Shown: one piece after another, positions 37,101 through 46,977 of the stretch
How positions within the stretch are numbered: the stretch's first letter is position 1
How the letters are laid out: the number at the start of each line of letters is the position of its first letter
IMG/VR virus record: IMGVR_UViG_2909257012_000004
Strand: one strand, 5' to 3'
DNA: 54,350 nucleotides
Source: a virus
Taxonomy: Duplodnaviria > Heunggongvirae > Uroviricota > Caudoviricetes
Notes under the pieces: model-generated
Seen by the model: the letters and a program-made list of their open reading frames with translations, nothing else
Told to the model about the DNA's origin: nothing
The model's database searches: none
Made by a program: the position numbers and the translations under genes

Positions 37101-37393
37101 CCACGTACTTTGCGTTTGCAAAAGGGGCCGGGCTGATGGGGGAAGCCGGACCTGAAGCCATTATGCCCCTGACCCGGGCGGCGGATGGCTCGCTGGGCGT
37201 ACGCGCGGTGGGCAGTATGAACGGCAGTGCCGGTCTGGTGTATTCCCCGGTCTACCACATCGCCATTCAGAATGACGGGGCTAACGGACAGATAGGGGCG
37301 GAGGCGGCAGGCAGTCTTGTGCAGCTGATTGACCAGCGGGTGCAGGCGGTGATGCTGTCCATGCGACGTGACGGAGGAATGCTGAGTGGCTGA
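34151..37393 (+). CDS. Tail tape measure protein
   Basis: 1080-aa largely helical protein after the G/GT chaperone pair. Confidence 0.9.
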   Translation: MATLRELIIKISANSQSFQSEIQRASRMGSEYYRTLQNGGRQAAAVARVQRRALAELNSQLTEIRASAAGTAGAFAGAFATGHLISLADEWSSVNARLKQASQSSDEFSSSQKVLMDISQRTGTAFSDNAALFARSAASMREYGYSADDVLKVTEAISTGLKISGASTAEAGSVITQFSQALAQGVLRGEEFNSVNESGDRIVRALAAGMGVARKDLKAMADDGKLTADKVVPALISQLGVLRDEYAAMPETVSDGITKVENAFMAWVGGANEASGATKTLSGVLNGVAGNIDNVATAAGALVAVGVARYFGNMASGAVSATAGLVTAARNEVALAEAQLRGTQIATARARAAVYRAQQAVAAARGTEMQIAAEARLAATQERLNRNIAARTAAQNELNSTTAVGSRLMTGALGLVGGVPGLVMLGAAAWYTLYQNQEQARESARQYALTIDEIAHKTPSMSLPEASDNEGRTRAALAEQNRLIDEQASRVKSLQEKIAGYQYVLANPGWTTGDGFMINHLTSVKTVTEGLSQATEQLAVEQSRLAQMQEKAQSIQDVLAGLEDRRVALIRQQAAEQNKVYQSMLVMNGQHTEFNRLLGLGNELLQQRQGLVNVPLRLPQATLDDKQQSALTKTERELALSRLKGEEKERARLGYAADDLGFVGDSYQEARQRYISNALEAWRNNEANKPKSRGGKSETEKAEDSFSRLLKQQKEQLALAGQNTELAKLKYQTAQGELKTLTEMQKQELLRNAALIDQQKIREQLRSREETLKNDNVAARASNEAELLGYGQGERARERMRELQQIRDSFRQKDADLQSQYQTGDISEDFYRQARAQNAQYLSERLKDQAAFYAESDAQRADWQKGLQEGLSNWVDNASDYASQAAQLATEGISGMVNNITEMLNGNKVEWRNWASSVLQEISKVLMNAAIVNGIKTAANGMSGAGGFIGSIGDWLGGAVANAKGGVYTSANLSAYSNSIVDTPTYFAFAKGAGLMGEAGPEAIMPLTRAADGSLGVRAVGSMNGSAGLVYSPVYHIAIQNDGANGQIGAEAAGSLVQLIDQRVQAVMLSMRRDGGMLSG

Positions 37394-37727
37394 GATAAAA
37401 ACGCTGCATCTGGTCCCGCGTGAAGGGATGCAGGTGAGTGAGAAACCGTCGGTGGTGAGGGTTCGGTTTGGTGACGGTTATGAACAGCGCCGACCGACGG
37501 GACTTAATGCCAGACTGAAGACGTTTCAGGCGGTGTTCCGGGTGACGGATGAACCAACCCGGCGCTGGCTGGATGAATTTTTATCGTGGCATGGTGGTTA
37601 CCGTGCCTTTTTGTGGCGACCGCCGAAACATAACCTGACGGTGAGGGTGGTGTGCCGGGAGTGGAGCGTCACAGATAACGCCAGGCACAGTGATTTCAGT
37701 TGTACGATTGAGCAGGTGGTGAACTGA
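37386..37727 (+). CDS. Minor tail protein (lambda M-like)
   Basis: Size and position after the tape-measure gene. Confidence 0.75.
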   Translation: MAEIKTLHLVPREGMQVSEKPSVVRVRFGDGYEQRRPTGLNARLKTFQAVFRVTDEPTRRWLDEFLSWHGGYRAFLWRPPKHNLTVRVVCREWSVTDNARHSDFSCTIEQVVN

Positions 37728-38425
37728 TGCAGGATATTCGCGAAGAAAGTCTGAACGAGTCGGTTAAGTCAGAGCAGTCACCGCGGGTGGTACTCTGGGA
37801 AATCGACCTGACGGTACAGGGCGGTGAGCGGTATTTTTTCTGTAATGAGCTGAATGAAAAAGGGGAGCCGGTCACCTGGCAGGGGCGGCAATATCAGGCA
37901 TACCCGATTGACGGCAGCGGTTTTGAGATGAGCGGGAAGGGCAGCAGTGCCAGACCGTCGCTGACGGTGTCCAATCTGTTCGGTCTGGTCACCGGGATGG
38001 CGGAAGACCTGCAGAGTCTGGTGGGGGCCACGGTGGTCCGCCGCCGGGTGTATGCCCGTTTTCTGGATGCGGTGAATTTCGTTGCGGGCAATCCGGAGGC
38101 GGACCCGGAGCAGGAGCTGAGTGACCGCTGGGTGGTGGAGCAGATGTCGCAGCTGACAGCCATGACGGCCTCGTTTGTGCTGGCTACACCGACCGAGACG
38201 GATGGGGCGCTGTTTCCCGGTCGCATCATGCTGGCGAACACCTGTATGTGGGATTACCGGGGAGATGAATGCGGGTATAACGGTCCTGCGGTGGCGGATG
38301 AGTTCGACAACCCCACCACGGATATCCGTAAGGACAGATGCAGCAAGTGCATGCGCGGGTGTGAACTGCGCAGGAATGTCGGCAATTTTGGCGGTTTCCT
38401 TTCCATTAATAAACTTTCGCAGTAA
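37727..38425 (+). CDS. Minor tail protein (lambda L-like)
   Basis: Size, position and a C-terminal Cys cluster. Confidence 0.8.
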   Translation: MQDIREESLNESVKSEQSPRVVLWEIDLTVQGGERYFFCNELNEKGEPVTWQGRQYQAYPIDGSGFEMSGKGSSARPSLTVSNLFGLVTGMAEDLQSLVGATVVRRRVYARFLDAVNFVAGNPEADPEQELSDRWVVEQMSQLTAMTASFVLATPTETDGALFPGRIMLANTCMWDYRGDECGYNGPAVADEFDNPTTDIRKDRCSKCMRGCELRRNVGNFGGFLSINKLSQ

Positions 38426-38435
38426 ATCCCGGTTT

Positions 38436-39179
38436 ATGACACAGACTGAATCAGCGATTCTGGCGCATGCCCGGCGGTGTGCGCCTGCGGAGTCGTGCGG
38501 CTTCGTGATAAGCACGTCGGAGGGGGAGTGGTATATCCCTTGTGTGAATATTTCTGCAGAGCCGGAGGCGTATTTTCGTATCGCACCGGAAGACTGGCTG
38601 CGGGCAGAGATGCAGGGGGAGATTGTGGCACTGGTCCACAGTCATCCCGGTGGGCTGCCCTGGCTGAGCGAGGCTGACCGGCGGCTGCAGATAAAAAGCG
38701 CACTGCCCTGGTGGCTGGTCTGCCGGGGTGACATTCACAAATTCCGCTGTGTGCCACATCTGACAGGACGGCGCTTTGAGCACGGGGTGACGGACTGTTA
38801 CACGCTGTTCCGGGATGCTTATCATCTGGCGGGGACTGAAATGCCGGATTTTCATCGCGAGGATGACTGGTGGCGCAACGGTCAGAACCTTTACCTGGAC
38901 AATATGGCGGTCACCGGCTTTTACCGGGTGCCCCTGTCCTCTGCACAGGCGGGCGATATTCTGCTGTGCTGCTTTGGTGCTTCGGTACCGAACCATGCCG
39001 CCATTTACTGCGGCAACGGTGAGCTGCTTCACCATCTGCCTGAACAACTGAGTAAACGGGAGAGGTATTCCGAAAAATGGCAACGACGAACGCATTCTGT
39101 CTGGCGTCACCGCCACTGGCACGCATCTGCCTTCACGGGGATTTACAACGATTTGGCCGCCGCCTCAGCCTGTATGTGA
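38436..39179 (+). CDS. Tail assembly protein (lambda K-like, JAB/MPN plus NlpC/P60 motifs)
   Basis: HSHPGG metalloprotease-like motif and a downstream Cys/His region; start placed at MTQTES (38436) rather than the longer ORF-track frame. Confidence 0.8.
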   Translation: MTQTESAILAHARRCAPAESCGFVISTSEGEWYIPCVNISAEPEAYFRIAPEDWLRAEMQGEIVALVHSHPGGLPWLSEADRRLQIKSALPWWLVCRGDIHKFRCVPHLTGRRFEHGVTDCYTLFRDAYHLAGTEMPDFHREDDWWRNGQNLYLDNMAVTGFYRVPLSSAQAGDILLCCFGASVPNHAAIYCGNGELLHHLPEQLSKRERYSEKWQRRTHSVWRHRHWHASAFTGIYNDLAAASACM

Positions 39180-39757
39180 ACACGGCAGCGGAAGCCATCC
39201 GGGCGCTGTCGTTACAGGTGCCGGGCTTTCGCCGTCAGATGAACGAAGGCTGGTACCAGATACGTATTGCCGGTTATGACACGGCACCGGAGGCGGTGTA
39301 CGCCCGTCTTCACGAACAGCTGGGTGAGGGAACGGTCATCCATATTGTGCCGCGACTGGCCGGGGCCGGAAAGGGTGGACTGCAGATTGTGCTGGGGGCG
39401 GCAGCCATCGTGGGCTCTTTCTTCACTGCCGGGGCATCAATGGCGTTATGGGGTTCAGCCCTGGCAGCCGGTGGTTTTTCTGCCACCACGATGCTGTTTT
39501 CACTTGGAGCCAGCATGATTCTGGGCGGTGTGGCCCAGATGCTGGCCCCGAAGGCAAAAACACCGGATTACCGCGCAACGGATAACGGCAGACAGAACAC
39601 GTACTTTTCCTCGCTGGATAACATGATTGCCCAGGGGAACCCGATGCCGGTGCCTTACGGGGAAATGCTGGTTGGCTCCCGCCGTATATCCCAGGACATC
39701 AGCACCCGTGATGAAGGCGGGGGCGGAACGGTCGTGGTTATCGGGCGACAGGGATAA
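39077..39757 (+). CDS. Tail assembly protein (lambda I-like)
   Basis: Close match to recalled lambda I (ARICL.GDLQRFGRR..., GASMILGGVAQMLAPKA, NTYFSSLDNM). Confidence 0.8.
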   Translation: MATTNAFCLASPPLARICLHGDLQRFGRRLSLYVNTAAEAIRALSLQVPGFRRQMNEGWYQIRIAGYDTAPEAVYARLHEQLGEGTVIHIVPRLAGAGKGGLQIVLGAAAIVGSFFTAGASMALWGSALAAGGFSATTMLFSLGASMILGGVAQMLAPKAKTPDYRATDNGRQNTYFSSLDNMIAQGNPMPVPYGEMLVGSRRISQDISTRDEGGGGTVVVIGRQG

Positions 39758-39965
39758 AACATAAAAAAATCCCGCAGTGATCGCGGAGCTGCGGGGACAG
39801 ACAAATGAAGATCAATGTTAAGGAGTTGTTTTTGTTACTCGGGCAAAAAAACACTAACGCAGCGAAATTATAAGCGCCACAGTCAGTGTGTGAAAATGTG
39901 AAGATATTCAGAATTTTTATGCCATTACCGGTTTTAACCAACAGGATTATCGGTGGGCATGAAAG

Positions 39966-39996
39966 AAAACCCCGGTATCTGCTGATACCGGGGTTT
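39966..39996. other. Strong hairpin in the unusually long I-J intergenic region
   Basis: AAAACCCCGGTATC-TGC-TGATACCGGGGTTT, with T-runs on both sides. Confidence 0.4.
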
Positions 39997-40099
39997 CTCT
40001 TTAGCATGGCAGAAATGTGTTTCATGCTTTTCGGGCGAAGGATATCCGACTTCTGTACGGAATGGCAAGTGGCGGTTAATTTATTCAGGGGAAGGCTGT

Positions 40100-43000
40100 A
40101 TGGGAAAAGGTGGCGGTAAGGCACACACGCCTCGTGAGGCGAAGGATAATCTCAAATCCACGCAGATGATGAGCGTGATTGATGCGATTGGTGAGGGACC
40201 GATAGAAGGTCCGGTGAAGGGACTGCAGAGTATTCTGGTGAACAAAACCCCACTGACGGACACGGACGGCAATCCCGTGATACACGGTGTGACGGCGGTC
40301 TGGCGCGCCGGGGAGCAGGAGCAGACACCACCGGAAGGCTTTGAGTCCTCCGGAGCTGAAACCGGACTGGGCGTGGAAGTGACGAAGGCAAAACCGGTGA
40401 CGCGCACCATTACGTCCGCGAACATTGACCGCCTGCGGGTTACCTTCGGGGTGCAGTCACTGGTGGAGACCACCTCAAAGGGTGACCGTAACCCGGCATC
40501 CGTCCGCCTGCTGATTCAGTTACAGCGTAACGGTAACTGGGTGACAGAAAAGGACGTCACCATTAACGGCAAGACCACCTCACAGTTCCTGGCCTCGGTG
40601 ATTCTGGATAATCTGCCTCCCCGGCCCTTTAACATCCGGATGGTCAGGGAGACGGCGGACAGCACCACGGACCAGCTGCAGAATAAGACGCTGTGGTCGT
40701 CATACACCGAAATCATCGATGTGAAACAGTGCTACCCGAACACGGCCATTGTGGGGCTGCAGGTGGATGCGGAGCAGTTCGGCGGCCAGCAGATGACGGT
40801 GAACTACCATATCCGCGGTCGCATCATCCAGGTGCCGTCAAACTATGACCCGGAAAAACGCACGTATAGTGGTATCTGGGACGGCAGTCTGAAACCGGCA
40901 TACAGCAACAACCCGGCCTGGTGTCTGTGGGACATGCTGACTCACCCGCGCTACGGCATGGGAAAACGTCTGGGGGCGGCGGATGTGGACAAGTGGGCGC
41001 TGTATGCCATCGGGCAGTACTGCGACCAGACGGTCCCGGATGGTTTCGGGGGGACCGAGCCGCGGATGACCTTTAATGCGTACCTGGCACAACAGCGTAA
41101 GGCGTGGGACGTTCTCAGTGATTTCTGCTCTGCGATGCGCTGTATGCCGGTATGGAACGGTCAGACGCTGACGTTCGTTCAGGACCGCCCGTCGGATGTG
41201 GTGTGGCCGTACACCAACAGCGATGTGGTGGTGGATGATAACGGCGTGGGATTCCGCTACAGCTTCAGTGCCCTGAAGGACCGGCACACGGCGGTGGAGG
41301 TGAATTACACCGACCCGCAGAACGGCTGGCAGACCTCCACGGAACTGGTGGAAGACCCGGAAGCCATACTGCGCTACGGACGCAACCTGCTGAAGATGGA
41401 CGCGTTCGGCTGTACCAGCCGCGGTCAGGCCCACCGTGCCGGACTGTGGGTGATAAAGACCGAACTGCTGGAAACGCAGACGGTGGATTTCACGCTCGGG
41501 TCTCAGGGGCTGCGGCACACACCCGGTGACATTATTGAAATCTGTGATAATGACTATGCCGGGACCCTGACCGGCGGACGTGTCCTGTCCATTGATGCTG
41601 CCACCCGCACCCTGACGCTGGACCGTGAGGTTACCCTGCCGGAGACAGGTACATCGGCGGTGAACCTGATTAACGGCAGCGGTAAGCCGGTGAGTGTGGA
41701 CATCACCGCACACCCCGCGCCGGACCGGATACAGGTCAGTACCCTGCCTGATGGTGTGGAGACATACGGGGTGTGGGGACTCTCCCTGCCGTCACTGCGC
41801 CGTCGCCTGTTCCGCTGTGTCTCCATCCGGGAAAACACGGACGGCACCTTTGCCATCACGGCGGTGCAGCACGTACCGGAAAAAGAAGCCATCGTGGATA
41901 ACGGTGCCCGCTTTGAGCCGCAGTCAGGTTCCCTGAACAGCGTCATCCCACCGGCAGTGCAGCACCTGACGGTGGAGGTGAGCGCAGCTGACGGCCAGTA
42001 TCTGGCGCAGGCGAAATGGGACACGCCGCGGGTGGTGAAGGGTGTGCGCTTCAGTCTGCGCCTGACCAGTGGTAAGGGAACGGATGCCAGACTGGTGACC
42101 ACCGCCATCACCGCAGACACGGAGCACCGTTTCAGCGGCCTGCCGCTCGGGGAATACACCCTGACGGTGCGGGCGATAAACAGCTATGGCCAGCAGGGTG
42201 AACCTGCCACCACCACCTTCCGGATTGCCGCACCGGCAGCACCGTCGCGGATTGAGCTGACGCCGGGCTATTTTCAGATAACCGCAACGCCACATCTTGC
42301 CGTTTATGACCCGACGGTACAGTTTGAGTTCTGGTTCTCGGAAAAGCGGATTGCGGATATCAGGCAGGTTGAAACCGCAGCCCGCTATCTTGGCTCGGCG
42401 CTGTACTGGATAGCTGCCAGTATCAATATCAAACCGGGCCATGATTATTATTTTTATATCCGCAGTGTGAATACTGTTGGCAAATCGGCATTCGTGGAGG
42501 CTGTCGGTCGGGCGAGCGATGATGCGGAAGGTTACCTGGATTTTTTCAAAGGAGAAATCGGGAAAACACATCTGGCCCAGGAGCTGTGGACGCAGATTGA
42601 TAACGGTCAGCTTGCGCCGGACCTGGCTGAAATCAGGACGTCCATTACGAATGTCAGCAATGAAATCACGCAGACCGTCAATAAAAAACTGGAAAATCAG
42701 AGTGCGGCAATCCAGCAGATACAGAAAGTTCAGGTTGATACAAATAATAACCTGAACAGCATGTGGGCCGTGAAACTGCAGCAGATGCAGGACGGACGCC
42801 TTTATATTGCGGGTATCGGTGCCGGTATTGAGAATACGCCAGCAGGAATGCAGAGTCAGGTGCTGCTGGCGGCAGACAGGATTGCGATGATTAATCCTGC
42901 GAATGGCAACACAAAGCCGATGTTTGTTGGTCAGGGCGATCAGATATTTATGAATGAAGTGTTCCTGAAATATCTGACGGCTCCCACCATTACCAGCGGC

Positions 43001-43573
43001 GGTAATCCTCCGGCATTTTCCCTGACACCGGACGGGCGGCTGACGGCGAAAAATGCCGATATCAGCGGTAACGTGAATGCGAACTCCGGGACGCTCAACA
43101 ACGTCACGATTAACGAGAACTGTCGGGTTCTGGGAAAATTGTCCGCGAACCAGATTGAAGGCGATCTCGTTAAAACAGTGGGCAAAGCTTTCCCCCGGGA
43201 CTCCCGTGCACCGGAGCGGTGGCCATCAGGAACCATTACCGTCAGGGTTTATGACGATCAGCCGTTTGACCGGCAGATTGTTATTCCGGCGGTGGCATTC
43301 AGCGGCGCTAAACATGAGAAAGAGCATACTGATATTTACTCCTCATGCCGTCTGATAGTGCGGAAAAACGGTGCTGAAATTTATAACCGTACCGCGCTGG
43401 ATAATACGCTGATTTACAGTGGTGTTATTGATATGCCTGCCGGTCACGGTCACATGACACTGGAGTTTTCGGTGTCAGCATGGCTGGTAAATAACTGGTA
43501 TCCCACAGCAAGTATCAGCGATTTGCTGGTTGTGGTGATGAAGAAAGCCACTGCAGGCATCACGATTAGCTGA
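40100..43573 (+). CDS. Central tail fibre / host specificity protein (lambda J-like)
   Basis: 1157-aa ORF following the I-like gene. Confidence 0.9.
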   Translation: MGKGGGKAHTPREAKDNLKSTQMMSVIDAIGEGPIEGPVKGLQSILVNKTPLTDTDGNPVIHGVTAVWRAGEQEQTPPEGFESSGAETGLGVEVTKAKPVTRTITSANIDRLRVTFGVQSLVETTSKGDRNPASVRLLIQLQRNGNWVTEKDVTINGKTTSQFLASVILDNLPPRPFNIRMVRETADSTTDQLQNKTLWSSYTEIIDVKQCYPNTAIVGLQVDAEQFGGQQMTVNYHIRGRIIQVPSNYDPEKRTYSGIWDGSLKPAYSNNPAWCLWDMLTHPRYGMGKRLGAADVDKWALYAIGQYCDQTVPDGFGGTEPRMTFNAYLAQQRKAWDVLSDFCSAMRCMPVWNGQTLTFVQDRPSDVVWPYTNSDVVVDDNGVGFRYSFSALKDRHTAVEVNYTDPQNGWQTSTELVEDPEAILRYGRNLLKMDAFGCTSRGQAHRAGLWVIKTELLETQTVDFTLGSQGLRHTPGDIIEICDNDYAGTLTGGRVLSIDAATRTLTLDREVTLPETGTSAVNLINGSGKPVSVDITAHPAPDRIQVSTLPDGVETYGVWGLSLPSLRRRLFRCVSIRENTDGTFAITAVQHVPEKEAIVDNGARFEPQSGSLNSVIPPAVQHLTVEVSAADGQYLAQAKWDTPRVVKGVRFSLRLTSGKGTDARLVTTAITADTEHRFSGLPLGEYTLTVRAINSYGQQGEPATTTFRIAAPAAPSRIELTPGYFQITATPHLAVYDPTVQFEFWFSEKRIADIRQVETAARYLGSALYWIAASINIKPGHDYYFYIRSVNTVGKSAFVEAVGRASDDAEGYLDFFKGEIGKTHLAQELWTQIDNGQLAPDLAEIRTSITNVSNEITQTVNKKLENQSAAIQQIQKVQVDTNNNLNSMWAVKLQQMQDGRLYIAGIGAGIENTPAGMQSQVLLAADRIAMINPANGNTKPMFVGQGDQIFMNEVFLKYLTAPTITSGGNPPAFSLTPDGRLTAKNADISGNVNANSGTLNNVTINENCRVLGKLSANQIEGDLVKTVGKAFPRDSRAPERWPSGTITVRVYDDQPFDRQIVIPAVAFSGAKHEKEHTDIYSSCRLIVRKNGAEIYNRTALDNTLIYSGVIDMPAGHGHMTLEFSVSAWLVNNWYPTASISDLLVVVMKKATAGITIS

Positions 43574-43640
43574 ATTTTATAACCCAGATACGGGCGCCAG
43601 AAATGGCGCCTTTTTTATTGCAGAAAAGCGAGAGGTAATT

Positions 43641-44020
43641 ATGCGTAAATTATGTGCTGTTATTTTGTCCGCAGTAGTCTGGCAGGTCGCCGCTGCTACG
43701 CCAGCGAGTGCAGCAGAACATCAGTCCACGCTGAGCGCGGGGTATCTCCATGCCTCGACGAACGTTCCCGGTAGTGATGATCTGAACGGGATTAACGTGA
43801 AATACCGTTATGAGTTTACGGACGCGCTGGGGCTGATTACGTCCTTCAGTTATGCCAATGCTGAGGATGAGCAAAAAACGCGCTACAGCGATACCCGCTG
43901 GCATGAAGATTCCGTGCGTAACCGCTGGTTCAGCGTGATGGCGGGGCCGTCTGTACGCGTGAATGAATGGTTCAGCGCGTATGCGATGGCGGGTGTGGCT
44001 TACAGCCGTGTGTCGACTTT
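43641..44020 (+). pseudogene. lom: lom (Ail/Lom outer-membrane protein) 5' fragment, interrupted by an IS21-family insertion
   Basis: Signal peptide and Lom-like N-terminus; the reading frame runs into the IS terminal repeat at 44021. Confidence 0.8.
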
Positions 44021-44213
44021 TGCGTATTTTCATGAAAGGAGATCACTCAATAACTTCCATCGAGATCGGGTAATAACATTTGAACAGATCGCTGAATAAC
44101 ATCGATGGAGATCACTTTTGACTCATTTTGTTATTCAGTGATCTCCATCAATGTTATTGGAACTTCACAGGTGTGTTGATCTGTATCTTTTGCCATTCCG
44201 GTAAAGGATACCT

Positions 44214-45755
44214 ATGCCAACAGTTCCAATTTCTATGAGAAAACTTAAAGAAATTCTTAGGCTTAAATACGGTGTTGGACTCAGCCATCGACAAATTGGT
44301 CGTAGTCTTGCAATCTCCCCTTCCGTTGTATCCAGATATGCTAATCGGGCGGCTCAACTTGGCATAAAGCAGTGGCCCTTACCTACAGGATGGGATGATA
44401 CAAAACTAAAACATGCGTTCCTTCAGACCCAGGTTAAGATGAAGAAGCACTCTCTGCCTGACTGGGCTACAGTACACCGGGAACTGCGTAATAAATGCGT
44501 GACGCTGCAGCTACTCTGGGAAGAATACTGTGAGCGTAATCCAAGCGGTTTTTACAGCTATAACCATTACTGCCGGATGTACCGTGAATGGCTCAAAACC
44601 ACTTCACCATCAATGCGTCAGGTACATAAAGCTGGCGAAAAACTTTTCGTTGATTACTGTGGACCTACCGTTGGCGTTACCGACCCTGAGACCGGAGAAA
44701 TAAGAACTGCTCAGGTCATCGTAGCTGTTCTCGGGGCATCAAGTTACACATGGGCAGAGGCCACCTGGTCTCAGCAGCTTGAAGACTGGGTGATGAGTCA
44801 TGTTCGCTGCTTCCAGTGGTTGGGTGGCGTTCCTGAACTTGTTGTTCCGGACAATCTGAAAAGCGCCACATCCAGGGCATGTAAGTATGATCCTGACGTT
44901 AACCCTACCTACCAGCAGATGCTTGAGCATTATAATGTCGCAGTTTTGCCTGCGCGGCCACGTAAACCGAAAGATAAAGCCAAAGCTGAAGTTGGCGTTC
45001 AGGTTGTTGAACGCTGGATCATGGCCCGAATCAGGCATGAGATCTTCTACAGCCTTGCATCGCTTAATCAGCGCATTCGGGAGTTGCTGGAAAGACTGAA
45101 TAACAAAATAATGCAGAAGTTGGGTTATTCACGTGCAGAACTCTTCATCCAGCTTGATAAACCCGCACTGAAGCCTCTTCCTGAAGCCAGTTACAGTTAC
45201 ACCCTGGTGAAGAAAGTCAGAGTTCATGCCGATTACCACGTGGAAATCGACAAACATTACTACTCGGTTCCATGTTCGCTGTTAGGCCAGCAACTGGAAG
45301 CATGGATCTCCGGAGAACTGGTAAGACTCTTCAATCAGGGGCAGGAGGTTGCTGTGCACCCGCGCAAGCGTACTTATGGCTACAGTACCCGCAACGAGCA
45401 CATGCCTGAAGCTCATCGACAGCATGCCACCTGGACGCCAGAGCGTCTTCTGGAATGGGCGGGGCACATAGGCAGTGAAACTCATAGTTATGTGCTTCAT
45501 ATACTGAACTCTCGTCCACATCCGGAACAAAGCTATCGCTTCTGCCTTGGACTCCTGAACCTTCATAAAAAATACAGTAAAGCCAGACTTAATGCAGCAT
45601 GTGCAAGAGCTCTGAAAACAAAGGTATGGCGTCTGTCAGGTATTAAATCGATCCTGGAAAAAGGTCTGGATAAACAACCTGTTCAGGATCCAAAACCAGA
45701 TCTGTTATCCACGATGGAACACGAAAACGTACGCGGCAGTGAGTATTACCACTGA
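44214..45755 (+). CDS. istA: IS21-family transposase IstA
   Basis: 513-aa ORF with N-terminal HTH and a DDE-type transposase core. Confidence 0.85.
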   Translation: MPTVPISMRKLKEILRLKYGVGLSHRQIGRSLAISPSVVSRYANRAAQLGIKQWPLPTGWDDTKLKHAFLQTQVKMKKHSLPDWATVHRELRNKCVTLQLLWEEYCERNPSGFYSYNHYCRMYREWLKTTSPSMRQVHKAGEKLFVDYCGPTVGVTDPETGEIRTAQVIVAVLGASSYTWAEATWSQQLEDWVMSHVRCFQWLGGVPELVVPDNLKSATSRACKYDPDVNPTYQQMLEHYNVAVLPARPRKPKDKAKAEVGVQVVERWIMARIRHEIFYSLASLNQRIRELLERLNNKIMQKLGYSRAELFIQLDKPALKPLPEASYSYTLVKKVRVHADYHVEIDKHYYSVPCSLLGQQLEAWISGELVRLFNQGQEVAVHPRKRTYGYSTRNEHMPEAHRQHATWTPERLLEWAGHIGSETHSYVLHILNSRPHPEQSYRFCLGLLNLHKKYSKARLNAACARALKTKVWRLSGIKSILEKGLDKQPVQDPKPDLLSTMEHENVRGSEYYH

Positions 45756-45766
45756 TACGGGATCCA

Positions 45767-46516
45767 ATGATGAATCATCTTTACGAACAACTGACCGCAC
45801 TTAAACTCACCGGCTTCCGTGATGCGCTTAAAAAGCAACTTGCTCAACCGGGCACATACCAGGAGCTGGGCTTCGAAGAACGCCTGTCATTACTGACAGC
45901 AGAAGAACTAACCTGCCGTGAAAACAGGAAGGCAGAGCGTCTGATCAAACATGCACGGTTCAGACTTAATGCTGAGTTATCAAAGCTGGATTATCGTAAC
46001 AATAGAGGGCTGGACAGGGCCCTCATCCGTTCACTCAGTCAGGGAAACTGGTTAACCCTGAAACAAAATATTTTACTGACCGGGGCCACCGGCAGCGGTA
46101 AAACGTTCCTGGCATGTGCACTTGGTCATAATGCCTGCCGACAGGGATACAAGGTCTACTATTATCGCCTTAAAGCGCTGATGGAACAGTGCTATCAGGG
46201 GCATGCTGATGGAAGATACAGCAAACTTTTGACCAGGCTGAATAATAGCGATCTGCTGCTTCTGGATGACTGGGGGCTGGAACCTCTCTCATCAGAACAG
46301 CGTAGCGACCTGCTGGAAATAGTGGATCTGATGTACCAACGAGGCTCAATCATCGTAGTGAGCCAGTTGCCGGTGGAAAACTGGTACAAAATGATCGGAG
46401 ACTCCACACATGCGGATGCCATCCTAGATCGACTGGTTCATGGCAGTATCAAGATCGAACTTAAAGGAGAATCAATGCGGAAAATACAATCTCCGTTGAC
46501 CGAAGGAGATCAGTGA
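45767..46516 (+). CDS. istB: IS21-family ATP-binding helper IstB
   Basis: Walker A GATGSGKT and Walker B LLLLDDWG. Confidence 0.85.
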   Translation: MMNHLYEQLTALKLTGFRDALKKQLAQPGTYQELGFEERLSLLTAEELTCRENRKAERLIKHARFRLNAELSKLDYRNNRGLDRALIRSLSQGNWLTLKQNILLTGATGSGKTFLACALGHNACRQGYKVYYYRLKALMEQCYQGHADGRYSKLLTRLNNSDLLLLDDWGLEPLSSEQRSDLLEIVDLMYQRGSIIVVSQLPVENWYKMIGDSTHADAILDRLVHGSIKIELKGESMRKIQSPLTEGDQ

Positions 46517-46601
46517 AGGTAATTTAAAAACGGTTCTGTGAAAGTGACACGAACCGATCTCCATCGATGTTACTCACCGATCTCCTTCACGGTAATACGC
46601 A

Positions 46602-46826
46602 ACTTTCTCCGGGGATTATCTCCGCGTAACTGACAACAAGGGGAAAACGCACGATGTGCTGACCGGAAGTGATGACGGTCGCCACAGCAACACGTCTCTG
46701 GCGTGGGGGGCTGGCGTGCAGTTTAACCCGACCGAATCCGTGACCATTGACCTTGCTTATGAAGGTTCCGGTAGTGGCGACTGGCGAACGGATGCATTTA
46801 TTGTTGGTATCGGATACCGTTTCTGA
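46602..46826 (+). pseudogene. lom: lom 3' fragment (in frame with the 5' fragment once the IS and one target-duplication copy are removed)
   Basis: Translation ...TFSGDYLRVTDNKGKTHDVLTGSDDGRHSNTSLAWGAGVQFNPTESVTIDLAYEGSGSGDWRTDAFIVGIGYRF* resumes exactly after the duplicated ACTTT. Confidence 0.8.
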
Positions 46827-46977
46827 CAACAGACGCCGATTTATCTTCTGTAAATATTGTTATGATACGCAGGTTCATCCACCTTATGGGGTGAACTGCG
46901 TTTGAGGAAACGTAAAGTTACACTGTCCTGAAGCCCGTGGCGTCACTGCTGCGGGCTTTTTTTATTGGTGGAAAAGT

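Larger units (their letters stand above)
44021..46601 (+). mobile_element. IS21-family insertion sequence (~2.58 kb) with 5-bp target duplication ACTTT
   Basis: Imperfect terminal inverted repeats TGCGTATTTTCATGAAAGGAGATCAC and TGCGTATTACCGTGAAGGAGATCAG, internal sub-terminal repeats, istA/istB, ACTTT at 44016-44020 and 46602-46606. Confidence 0.9.

Noticed and set aside
37778-39122. Overlapping minus-strand ORFs of 245, 223 and 107 aa across the L/K/I tail genes
   Set aside because: Antisense to well-supported, translationally coupled tail genes in a GC-rich region; no ribosome-binding sites seen.
39738-40124. 128-aa minus-strand and 77-aa plus-strand ORFs in the I-J intergenic region
   Set aside because: Both run straight through a strong hairpin and have implausible Cys/Phe-rich translations. 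The region is more likely non-coding.
40838-42571. Minus-strand ORFs of 291, 201 and 215 aa inside the J-like gene
   Set aside because: Antisense shadow ORFs within the long central tail fibre gene.
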